In this document: one piece after another, positions 19,814-30,900 of the stretch
Layout of the letters: every line of letters begins with the position of its first letter
Numbering within the stretch: position 1 is the first letter of the stretch
Origin: a virus
Taxonomy: Duplodnaviria; Caudoviricetes
Length of the DNA stretch: 64,000 nt
Reading direction: 5' to 3' (one strand)
Virus record (IMG/VR): IMGVR_UViG_2751185671_000004
Location: 96,001-160,000 of that record
Translations under genes and position numbers: made by a program
Notes under the pieces: model-generated
What the model was told of the DNA's origin: nothing
Databases searched by the model: none
The model's input: only the letters and a program-made list of their open reading frames with translations

Positions 19814-20588
19814 ATGCCCATCAGGTATTCCAGGTGCTTATTATTGTAATAAAGGTCATTGCGTCAACAGACTTATAGACAACAGAATGAGGGAAAGACA
19901 CAATGATTATCATCACAGTCATTCAACACAATCAGTTTTTCCTTCAACTCATAATTCGTTAACTCAATCGCAACCTTCGTCTATAGCGTTGAGATTACGC
20001 TTGAAGCCAAGCCCAACAAAAGCTAGCGCTAGCTCGTCATCTAGAATGTCAAGGTCGACACAGATAGGAAAACAAATTTTTGATAAATATTCTCCCTCGC
20101 AATTTACTTCTCTTCGTAATGATCAAAAATCTTATTTACGATCTTACTATGATTATATGAAATGGCCTCATCATTCGAGCCTTGAAATAAAAAGATTAGT
20201 CAAAAGAGACTCGTCTGAAGTAGAAGATCTTCTTGGTCAGAAGAGACAACATCTCTCCAGAAAAGAAAGCGCAAAGTTATCTCGATTAGCCAGCGGTCGA
20301 GACAGCTATAATAGTTATCTATCGAAGACTAAAACAACATTCACTCTGAGAGAACGGCAATATGCACGTGAATACTTAATATCAAAAGGTAAAGATATAC
20401 CATCTGTATTTGCGAAGGAAAGATATACAAGAGATGACGCAACTGCCAAGCCAGCGGCATATGATAGCGCAGACTCTCGACGACAAGCCTCATATCGATA
20501 CGAAGCTCGGAAAGCAGCGGAAAGATCTACAGATTCAGCAAAAAGAGCAAAATTAAACGATCCGAATTGGTGGGCATACTTACAGTGA
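19814..20588 (+). CDS. Ser/Arg-rich basic effector-like protein; probable true start 19814 with a +1 frameshift (open frame 19887-20588)
   Basis: Removing one C from ATGCCCA gives MPSGIPGAYYCNKGHCVNRLIDNR in frame with 19887. Confidence 0.55.
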
Positions 20589-20652
20589 TAGTAATGTTAT
20601 CAAATTACTTATTTTTTGATAAATGAAAAAATATAAGTTTAACGTTAACATT

Positions 20653-20680
20653 TTTCTAAGCTGCCTATACGGAAGTGAAC
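20653..20680 (-). CRISPR. Solitary type I-F CRISPR repeat (1 mismatch)
   Basis: Plus strand TTTCTAAGCTGCCTATACGGAAGTGAAC. Confidence 0.85.
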
Positions 20681-20826
20681 AACAGTAAAAATCCCCAGTG
20701 GACTTTAATTTCTGTGACTTAATAAAGTCTATAAAATAATATAGCAATTGGTGTAACTCTGCGTTTTTGAACTATAAGACAGAATTAGCTTTCTACTTAC
20801 TCTTGAATTTATAAGATTAATTACAG

Positions 20827-20854
20827 GGAACCATTTTTTTCTTTATTTCACATA
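20827..20854 (+). promoter_or_regulatory. hrp-box-like ECF promoter
   Basis: GGAACC-N15-TCACATA versus HrpL consensus GGAACC-N15/16-CCACNNA. Confidence 0.6.
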
Positions 20855-20900
20855 TTTATTACTATTGTAAACACTGCAACTGATTTTAAAAGAGAAAACA

Positions 20901-21614
20901 ATGCCTAGACGTATAGATCGAAAAACAAGCCCTTTGATACCTCTGCACCATAAGCATTTGACACTTAATAAGAGGTTGAGGCACACAGAGCCAAGACCTC
21001 CAGTAATGCACCGGCGCCGCTCGTTTCACCACACGGCTCCAGAAACTAGAGCATTAAAAAGGCGGCATTCCCATAATCGTACAAGGCCACAACCTAGACC
21101 ATTAATGCAAAATCAATTTTTTAAGTGGCCGGTGAAGAAAAGAAGCAGAGAATATGATAACGAGACTATAGGTCATGCTAGAGCACCTGCTATTAGAGGC
21201 CGCAAAATAGATCGTTTGAGTAACGAACAGCTCAAGCGTCGTGAGTTAACATTTCATAATGGTAGAGTTTTTGACTCTAAAGGAAATCGATTTGATACAC
21301 GTGATTCGACAGAAAAAATGATAGGTAGGCCACGAGTGAAAACTGACAAGGCAAACTTTATTATGACAGGGAATGGAAAAATCCGAGTAGATAAACATCC
21401 GACCGTTGGCAAAAGGCATCATACGTCTTTAGCAAGAAAAGGAGGTGCTGTCGCAGGTGCTGGTAAAATAGCTGTATATAATGGTCATTTAGTCGATGTT
21501 ACAGATGAGAGTGGCCATTATAAAACTACTCGTAAAATGATGAAAAATGTGGAGAGGCAATTTAAAGAGAATGGTATAAATACTACAGGAAAATTTACCC
21601 GTTTTTTTAGTTAG
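20901..21614 (+). CDS. Effector/toxin-like protein: Arg/His-rich N-terminus and IQM-like C-terminal domain
   Basis: FIMTGNG...HHTSL..GGAVAGAGKI...G.L..V.DESGHY resembles the HHSS...AAG...SGHY domain of plant IQM proteins and bacterial toxins. Confidence 0.65.
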   Translation: MPRRIDRKTSPLIPLHHKHLTLNKRLRHTEPRPPVMHRRRSFHHTAPETRALKRRHSHNRTRPQPRPLMQNQFFKWPVKKRSREYDNETIGHARAPAIRGRKIDRLSNEQLKRRELTFHNGRVFDSKGNRFDTRDSTEKMIGRPRVKTDKANFIMTGNGKIRVDKHPTVGKRHHTSLARKGGAVAGAGKIAVYNGHLVDVTDESGHYKTTRKMMKNVERQFKENGINTTGKFTRFFS

Positions 21615-21693
21615 ACAAGGTTTGATGATATACCCACAACTAAGAATTAATACTAGTTAAAACGATTGTCACACGTAATTATTTTGAAGCAAT

Positions 21694-21726
21694 AAAACCC
21701 TTAGTAAATTTTTTATCAAGGGTTTT
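21694..21726. terminator. Bidirectional intrinsic terminator
   Basis: AAAACCCTT-N15-AAGGGTTTT. Confidence 0.6.
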
Positions 21727-21790
21727 GTTCTTTAAAGATAATGAAATACTACAGAATTTTCTCACATAAAAATGGAGTTTTAAATAGATA

Positions 21791-21818
21791 TTTCTAAGCT
21801 GCCTATACGGCAGTGAAC
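21791..21818 (-). CRISPR. Perfect type I-F CRISPR repeat, leader-proximal
   Basis: Minus strand GTTCACTGCCGTATAGGCAGCTTAGAAA. Confidence 0.92.
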
Positions 21819-21950
21819 AATACAAAAACCACAATAAGCATCTGATTATTAAAGAACTTTTATGCTTTTTAGCATAAATACCCTTTTTTATTTTCTTACA
21901 TCAAACCCACGTAAAATGCGGACTGTGGTGATACTCGAAAAAAAGGGTAC
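21819..21950 (-). promoter_or_regulatory. Type I-F CRISPR leader
   Basis: IHF site AATCAGATGCTTA (minus, 21847-21835); 11-bp inverted repeats TACCCTTTTTT (21879-21889) and AAAAAAGGGTA (21939-21949). Confidence 0.75.
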
Positions 21951-22569
21951 AACCGAAGAATAGTGTAAATGAACAATTACTCATCTCACAAAGACTAAGG
22001 TGACAATATTTATACTAACAGCTTGGCACCTATATTTTCATTCTGAGCGCGACAAACTCTCATTTACACCAGAGGCCTTTAAAAAAGTATCTTCTAGTTT
22101 CACTTAAGAGCCAATATGAATGCAGGATAATAATAAGTTAAGTTTTTCACAAAACATGTCATATGATTGGTGCATACTCAAATATGTATGATAAAGACAC
22201 TAGTAATTTGCTGGCTTTATATAAGACTCACTCTATATCAATTCAATTTAGCTGAAGTATTTTCAATCTATTGTGACTTACGTGAAAACTTAAGCAGCTT
22301 CACAGTCTCACATAAAAAATATAACAGAGAATAATAATAAAGCTTATCGATGAGATGCATCATGGGATCGCACTATAGAATTACACATTACTTTAGAGCC
22401 CTAACGCCAGGAATTAAAAAGGTCTTACGTATTTTTGGTAATTAAGCGACGAATGCCTCGGTGAGTGTTGTCGCACGATGGGTAAAATCGGGGTATATCC
22501 CTTGCGATAAAGTATAGGAAGTGATGCTGTTGGATAGCGCCGATTTATTGGCAAAGTTAGGCCATTACA

Positions 22570-23001
22570 GTGTTTTTGGTATCGAGGTTAATGCGGTGCA
22601 TTATACCCATCCCTATTAAGTTCCGTTTTCATAATTCTCTTGAAGAAGGGCAACTGTTGCCTATTCCCGATCTTATCGTCGACTACGGGTGTATGCTGTT
22701 GAGTGAAAAGTCTTACCGTATTTTTTACGCAATGCTGGCAGAGCATGGAGAATTCTTACCCATCTATTCCGGCAATACACGAGCTTATCTTTATAACCCG
22801 CTAAAAGTTGCCAAACAATTTAATGGGCTAGATATAAAAAAATCTACAAAAAATGAATATGAATACGATAACTATCTCGGGATTTATTGCCGACACGATT
22901 TTAGCGACACGGTGATGCGTCATAACTTGCGCGGTATTGTTTTTGAAGAAAACATTGCTTTGTCATTTCCAGCAGACCCGGCAGTCTTGGCCGAAGACTA
23001 A
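22570..23001 (+). pseudogene. Degenerate immunity-like (Imm11-like) protein fragment
   Basis: IPDL...LLSEK....L.EHGEFLP...YLYNPL; no credible start. Confidence 0.35.
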
Positions 23002-23470
23002 TAATCAATAATCTATGGGGGAGCAAGACCAAGGAAGACGAACACTCAGCAAGGACGCTTTTTTTATCTGTTACACATTACGACCAAAGTCGCATACGCG
23101 GCACGAATTATCACAACCTACATTTATAGTTAACATCAACATTATTCACATGTTCATGAGTTATTCATGTTTCTACGTGTAAGGAGCTATGTTGTATGAA
23201 AAAAATTCATATAGCTAATATGTCACCTAAAACACTGTATTTTAATACACCTTATGTTAAAATTTTCGACAAGTTAGTGTTTATTTTTCCATATTTTTCT
23301 CGAATAACGCGGTGTAATTTTTTAAAAAAATATATTGATATACCGTGTTTTCGCAAAGGTTTAGGAAGCCGATATTTAACGTTTAAGGATACATCACATG
23401 TTTATCGTCCAGTAAAGTATTTAATCCCAACGACACATACACATAACATACCTTATGGTGAGGTATTTCT

Positions 23471-24991
23471 GTGTGCTTTTCATTTATACAAGGAGGATGT
23501 ATGAATCCCTCTCGCCTTACTATTTCTTGTTGTTCTTTTATTTTTGTGAATATAGAAAAGAAAAGGACATATAACTTAATCAACAAAGCTCTTCTATTCG
23601 TCTGTTTTTTTTCGATGACTTACACTTTATCTCGTCCTGCTTATGCGGATATTGTCCCTTTAGATATTTCTCTAGGCGTTAATTACGATGGCTATATTTC
23701 CAATGCCGAGGCGAGTCATGCGGCATTATACGATCCACCTTCAAGTTGGGGATTTGTCAGTCGAGATGTTGGTCGTGTCTTTGGCGAACATCAACTGGGC
23801 TTTTGGGGAACCTATAGTTGGGATAATCAGAGTGATTCTGGTTTACCTGTAAGTGGTGAGTTATCGACTAACTACGGTATTTTTCGCCTTAATACCTCAC
23901 GTGACGCAGCACCTCAAGCGGGCTTTGTACTGCCACCGCAAGGATCAACACCACAACTTTCAACACACCCCAATGTTGTGCGAGCACATCGTCCTCATAG
24001 CCCATCGCTTGAGCATCCTGGTGCTGCTGTTGACGTTACTTTACCCATAGAGCAACACGCCCGTTACGCCTCCATTAATTTTTTAATGTCAGGTAGTGGC
24101 AATAAAACAATGCTCTATGCCCTTTACGACAATGGGCTAGGAGATGTGGATCGCGTATTGATTTATGACTCAATGGGCATCCCTGATCCGGAAGTACAAG
24201 AGATCGGGTTTCCTGAACCAAGAAGTGTCAGCACGAATAATCCGGATCTTGTTTCTGCGTTGAGGATGGATAATCGCTGGGAGAATTATGAGGGGCGCTC
24301 TCATATTCGTCCAGGCATTACCCATATTTGGACATTTGCTTCCCCGTTAGCGCTTGACTCTTCACGTACATTACGTGGATTTACCTTAGCCGTTTATAAC
24401 GAAGATATTTGGAAAGCACGCTCCGCATTTATTTATGCGGCGTCGGCGGATCGACTCAACGTGCCTGCCCTCAGTTCAGCGGCGAAAGCCACCACCATTG
24501 CTGAAGATGGCTCACGCTATGTCAGTACGCATAATAATTTATTACGAAAAATTGATAACAATGGTGCTGAGCTTTGGTCACAGTCGTTAGGACTAATTAA
24601 TAGCGAACCGCTCATCGGTGCTAGTAATACATTATTTGTCGGTTCTACCAATGCTCATGTATACAGCATTAATGCCGACGCAGGTAATGTGTTGTGGTCA
24701 GCCGATACACAAGGCGCGGTTGCTGGTCTTGCCTTTAATAATGAAAAAAATACAGTATTCGCCATTACTCAAAATGGTTGGCTTTACGCCTTCGATTTAA
24801 ATGGTACTGAACTGTGGCGTTTACGCCTTAATGTATCGGCCAATGCCACCGTCAATGCTGCCCCCATCGTTTCCCCTGCAAGTGCACCCACGGATTATCT
24901 TTATATCAAAGATAGTGAAGGACGTTTGTATGCAGTGGAGCCTGCCAATCCATTACAGAACAGGGAGGCGAGTGTCGTATGGGTACGTTAA
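23471..24991 (+). CDS. Exported protein with C-terminal PQQ-like beta-propeller repeats
   Basis: Signal-like LLFVCFFSMTYTLSRPAYA; VYSINADAGNVLWS and LYAFDLNGTELWR repeats; true start probably downstream. Confidence 0.7.
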   Translation: MCFSFIQGGCMNPSRLTISCCSFIFVNIEKKRTYNLINKALLFVCFFSMTYTLSRPAYADIVPLDISLGVNYDGYISNAEASHAALYDPPSSWGFVSRDVGRVFGEHQLGFWGTYSWDNQSDSGLPVSGELSTNYGIFRLNTSRDAAPQAGFVLPPQGSTPQLSTHPNVVRAHRPHSPSLEHPGAAVDVTLPIEQHARYASINFLMSGSGNKTMLYALYDNGLGDVDRVLIYDSMGIPDPEVQEIGFPEPRSVSTNNPDLVSALRMDNRWENYEGRSHIRPGITHIWTFASPLALDSSRTLRGFTLAVYNEDIWKARSAFIYAASADRLNVPALSSAAKATTIAEDGSRYVSTHNNLLRKIDNNGAELWSQSLGLINSEPLIGASNTLFVGSTNAHVYSINADAGNVLWSADTQGAVAGLAFNNEKNTVFAITQNGWLYAFDLNGTELWRLRLNVSANATVNAAPIVSPASAPTDYLYIKDSEGRLYAVEPANPLQNREASVVWVR

Positions 24992-27900
24992 ATTCTAAAA
25001 ACGTTGTTCACCGTAGCATGAATAAAAATGATCATATTTTTGCTGGGAGCTTTTTAGCAATGAACCTGCATAATCTTAAATTTTTTCACTATATTTTATT
25101 ACCATTATTTTTTGTCTTTAGTCCATTCGTAAGCGCACAACAATCCTATTTTAATTTTCTTGATGTGGAGAATGTCAGCGGATCGGGTTCCACAGCCACT
25201 TATACCGATACTAATGGCACTTACAGAATTTCTTATTCCTTCCCATTTATCCCTAACATCGATGCAACACGCTTAACGGCAACGCGCACCTTTAATGGCC
25301 AACAAACACGCTTGGATTTTGGGTACGTGGATGGTGAAACACGCACCATTACGCTCAACCATGATAACGGTGTGTATCGGTATTATGCTGAGTCGGAAAT
25401 TAATGATCATGGTGATCCTGATGGTGGCGGAACGGATATTGATCTCATCGGCACTATTACGGTCATTCGTCAACTAGGTTCCATGGGAACCATTTCGTTA
25501 CCCAACTACTGTATTAATAGTTATACCGTTAGTTGGCCAGCGGTCTCAGCAGCGAATCGTTACGATATTGAAGAATCTTCTAATGGGGGGAGCACATGGA
25601 CACGTTTAACCAATCCGGCTGGCGCAAGTGCCACCTCAATTTCACGACCCGGCATTAACACCGGCGAAGAACGTCGGTATCGCGTGCGCGCCTATTATGA
25701 TCAACAACCCAACACACGCACGCCATGGCAAACTTCTGCCCGTTGCCAAGGGAATATTAGGCCGAGTGTTTCATTGTTCTCTCCTAGCAATGGCCACTAC
25801 CAATTATTGAACCAAGTACTTCTACTGTCAGCCAGTGCGACCGATACCAACGGCTCCGTCTCCTACGTGGATTTTTACCACGGCACAACACGTATTGCCC
25901 GTGATACCAGCGCACCGTTTACCGCTCAATGGACACCCACACAATCAGGTGCACAAACACTGGAGGCTCGCGCTACCGATAACCATGGCGCCACCACACG
26001 TTCAACCGCTATCACGGTCAATGTGCACACACGCCCCACCGTATTTATTAATAGTCCCGCACCTAACACACAATTTGATGTGGGAGACAGTGTGTCCATC
26101 GGCGCAACCGCCAGTGATGATGGCACCATCACCCAAGTACAGTTTTTTCGCAATGGCAGTATCATCAGCACCGATACCAGCGCACCTTATACCGCCACGT
26201 GGACAGTCTCCGCTTCGGGTTTACATTCCATTACCGCACAAGCCACCGATAATCACGGCATCACCAGTGCTTCTTCGCCAGTCGTGGTGATTGAAGGGAT
26301 TGAACAAACCGCACCTAATTCAGCACCGACAGGATTAGCGGCAGACACTGGAGTAAATAACAGCACCGGGATTTACACACTCAGCTGGAATGCAGTAACA
26401 GATGCGAATGAATACGAGCTACAAGAATGCCGTTTAGCGACCTGCAGCGATGGCGATTTTACCCGCGTGATTCGCTCCGCCAATCGTGCCGCCTCTTTTA
26501 CCGGCTTAGGCAATGGCAGCTACACCTATCGCGTCAATGCCTGTAATGATGTGGGGTGTTCAGCCTTTAGTGCCCCTTATACGGTGACTATCACCTTACC
26601 GGTACCACAACGCCCCGGCCCCACCTATTTAAAAACTTCAGCAGTATGTGCCAACGGTGCTACCAGTGGCCAAAGCACTGGCGCTTTCGAGATCTGTTGG
26701 GATGCGGTTACAGAAAACCTGGATCACTACTTAGTGGAAGAACAAATAGGGACTGGCCCTTGGCAGCAAATCGCCAATCAAAGCGCAACATCACTTGTAC
26801 TTAATAATAAAACCACCAATACCTATTCCTATCGTGTGCTGGCCTGTAATGATCAAAACGCCTGCAGTACGCCTGGAGGGATTTTATCCGTTAGTGTGAT
26901 TGATACTCCGGTGATTTACAGCGCATCACTCGCTTGCGATGGCACCTGTGTGTCGATTGCTGGGACGGGCTTTGATACGAATACGCAAGTGGCTGTGAGT
27001 TCTATTACAACCAGCCCGTTAAACCAAACGTTTAGTTCACCTGAATTAATCGTTAACAACGATTCCCTGCAATTGCCTATCGATGATGCCTTGGTGATTG
27101 ATGCCTTAAATAACCTTGGCGGTTTGTCATTAGCGGTGGTCAACACCACCAATAATAATCGCGCGAGCACACAGGTCTATCCCAATAATGCATCACCGGA
27201 ACCTGCCGTCAATAGTGGGCCACCTACCATCAGTGCTAACGGGATTATTTATATTGGCCGTGGTGATCAACTGTATGCCTATGACAGTGCCGGTACGCTT
27301 ATTACGGGATGGCCAGTGGATATTCAAGAACCGATTACCACCCAGCCTGCCCTTTCTGTGAATGAAAATACCGTCTACGTGGGCGGCGGTGATCGCCACC
27401 TTGTGGCGGTGGGTGGCGCTGAAGATGTACTCAGTGGCCAAATCCATTGGCAATTCCCCGCAGCAGGCGCGGTGGCTTCACCTCTAGTAGATCAATATGA
27501 CTTTGTTTACGCGGGTGCGATGGACAGCCGTTTCTATTCCCTTGGCACCGATGGCCAGGTTCGCTGGACATATAACGCCACTGCCGGTATTGCCGAAAAG
27601 CCAGTGATTTATGGGGATTACAGTCTGTCCTTTAGTTCTGTGGATGGGCAATTGCATCAGCTACGGGCTGGGGTGATCGGGCCGGAGCAACTCAACTGGC
27701 AAAGTATCGATCAATCCTTATTGCGTGATTATTTAAGCACTGTTGGCGAAGACTTTGAGCAGTTTGTGGTGGACGGTTGGGATGCTACCGAACTCTTTCA
27801 AGTGGGGCGTTTATTTGAAGGCTTATTGCGTCGTCATCCTGATAAAGAAACACTCACATTCTGGACCTATGCCTTACTGCCAGATTATGGCGCGACCTTA

Positions 27901-30900
27901 GAAGAGGTGACGGAAGCCTTTTTAACCTCTGATTCCGGTGTTGCCCTTTACGGCGGTTTAACCGACTTCCTCTATGTGGGTGCTCTGTATGAGAATGTGT
28001 TAAATATTACCGAGTGGGTGGATACACCCGAATATCAAGCAGACCTCGCAGCACTCACCAGCGGTGCACTTACGCGCACGCAATTAGCCATGCAGCTAGT
28101 CGGCAGCGAAACCTTCTCTACCCGCGTTGACCAAGAATTACTGCGTATTTTCCAAATCTTTTATGGCTTTTGTTTAGAAGCCAATTGCGACTTTTTACTG
28201 GACAGCGATAACGATGGCCTGGGCGATCAGTGGGAACTCACACACTTTGGCGACCTCACCAGCCAAAGCGGTGATGGGGATGCCGATGGCGACGGCTTGA
28301 CTAATTATCAAGAGTACTTAGCCAATAGCAGCCCTGCCTTGGGCGCACCGGATGCAGCGCCTTTGCCTGCCAGTAAACCGGAAGATCCTGATACCAGCAT
28401 ATCCGATGCCATCGGCTCTATTGAAGGCCAGTTTCGGGTCAATGAGCAGGGTTCTGCTACCTACACGATTCCCATTACCACGATGGCGGGCACCGCCGGT
28501 GTTGCCCCGAGTTTTTCTTTGCATTATACCAGTCAAAACAATCGTGGAATTGCGGGCAAAGGCTGGGGGCTAAGTGGTTTATCAAGCATTAGCCGCTGCC
28601 GTCAGACGCTAGGACGCGATGGTGTTGCATTGCCGATTACCTGGGGAGAAAGAGACCGCTTTTGTCTGAATGGCCAGCGCTTAGTACTAACCTCTGGCGC
28701 ATCCTATGGCGCTGTAGGGGCGACCTATAAAACTGAAATCGATAGCTTTATTACAGTCACATCTGTTGGCGGTAGTGCGGGTGCTCCAGAGTATTTCACC
28801 GCTGTGGCTAGAGACGGTTCCCTCACTACTTACGGTTTTATTGAAGGTGACAACAATGCCCAACAAAGGACGTTCGATAACGCACATACGCTAATGTGGG
28901 TACAAAACCAATTTAAAGACAGTGTGGGCAATCGTATTGAGTATGTGTATGCACAAACAGCAGGTAATGATCATCGAATTGCTTCTGTCCATTATGCTTA
29001 CGGTAATGGCGATCAAGCCAATGCCGCCGTCTTCTTTGATTACGAAGACCGTCCTGATATTGAACGCTTTAATTTAGCCGGTTATGCCTTTGAGAGTACA
29101 AAGCGACTCGCGGCTATCCGCGTACAAAATACAGTGAATAAAACACCTAGCGAAGTGCGACGGTATGATCTCAACTATGCGCCGTATCCCGCTGATGCCC
29201 ATGTGCAAACCAGCCTCTTAGAAAACATAGAAGTGTGCGCCGGAGATGTATGTTTACTTCCAACAGTGTTTGCTTGGACACCGTCAGGGGAAGGACAAGA
29301 GCTTACGGATTTTGACACCACAGAATTTAGCGATGCCGGTTTGCTAGTAGACTATAAGTTTGCCGATTTTAATGGTGATGGTGAGCAGGATATTGTCTTT
29401 TTACATACCTCGCCAATGGGCGATCAACAAACGGTCAACTATGCCATGTCTGTGGCAGGCGAACTTGTCGCACAACCGTTTGCATCGGGAAGAACGAGTG
29501 AAATTTTACCTGATGTTGTTGGCGGTAGCTTTTTCTCTCGTGCCGCTGCTCAAATTCTAGTACTGGACTACAACGCTGATGGGCGTATGGATCTCGCCAC
29601 CTATAGCGCCAGTGCTGGGGGTTGGCAGCTGTATATATCGACGCCCACATCGAGCGGTTGGCGGTTAAAAAATCTTGGTGCAGACCATTTCCTAGATGCG
29701 AATTCCACATTGCTTTTTCTTGATATTGATAGCGATGGCTTATCCGATGCCGTATATCTTAACCGTCAACAACAGCGCTTAATAATAAGGCGATTAAAGC
29801 CTGGCAACGGTGCTATCGAGAGCGATACTTATTTTGCGTTCGGTGCCGAGGAAAGCTTTTCGATTGATCCTCCTGCAGGTATTGAAGATGATATCGACGA
29901 TGTTGATCAAATTGCCATCGCTACGGGGGATGTGACAGGTAATGGGCAAGCCGAACTGATGCTGCGCTACCGCTCCATTCACGAGGAACAAGGGACATTC
30001 CAGTTTTACTATCATATATACACCTTCGGTGAGAGTGCATTGCTTCCTTGGGGCAGCAGTATTTATTTAGAAGAATTGGAGCCAAGCACCACCGCACCGG
30101 AACAGTTTCCCCGTGTTAACCTTCAGGATCTAAATGGCGATGGCCTCGCCGACCTCACCTACTATTTTAAAGGACGGCTGAACTATTGGATAAATGACGG
30201 TTTACAATTTGGCACGAAGCAATCATTGTCTATTCGCGGGCCGAGTATCGACGACTATGATCGGGCGCCCACGTTTGTCGACTATGATAATGATGGCGAT
30301 CTCGACCTGATATACCATGCGTTTCCCACCGCCAATATTCGTATGTATCGTTGGGATATTCACACACACGCATTTTCCATCGATACAGAAAACATTCGAC
30401 GCGGTGTGACGACAGATCCTGAAGAGACTAACCGAGAAAACCATATCTTCTTTGATAGTAATGGCGATGGCCATCTGGATTATCATCGCTATCGCAGTGA
30501 GTCTGGTCGGTTGTTACGATTTTTAAGCACCCAGTCCAGCCCTCGCCATGTGATGACGCAAATAGAAAATGGCTTAGGAGGCATTACGGAGATTAGCCAT
30601 GAAGCCCTTGCGAAAAGCTCTCATTACCACCGTATTGACGTGGGCGAGACACGGGCAACGCCACCCAATGCATTATGTGCCATTTGGGGAGAGTCCTTTT
30701 TAAATACCTGCCAAGACTATTACGCCTATGATACCGGGCAATTTTATAGTGAACTTAACAGCAACTGGAGTGAACATAACTCCCTAGGGAAGTATCAGCC
30801 GGTATTGGAATTCCACGGCTCTTTGCCCATCGTCACATCCATTTCAAGCTCCGCCCCTTCGGCAGGAGCAACGCCAGGTAATATCAATGCCGAAGCCATG

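Noticed and set aside
20621-21790. Conventional CRISPR array with 32-nt spacers
   Set aside because: No repeat-like sequence at 60-bp period next to any of the three repeats (checked 21731-21758 and equivalent flanks).
21854-21880. GAACTT-N15-TAAATA as a sixth hrp-like box
   Set aside because: Lacks the conserved C, lies inside the CRISPR leader, and has no downstream ORF.
21760-22318. 13-nt match TCTCACATAAAAA between the putative guide and 22306-22318 as a self-target
   Set aside because: Short, AT-rich and seed-distal; expected by chance.
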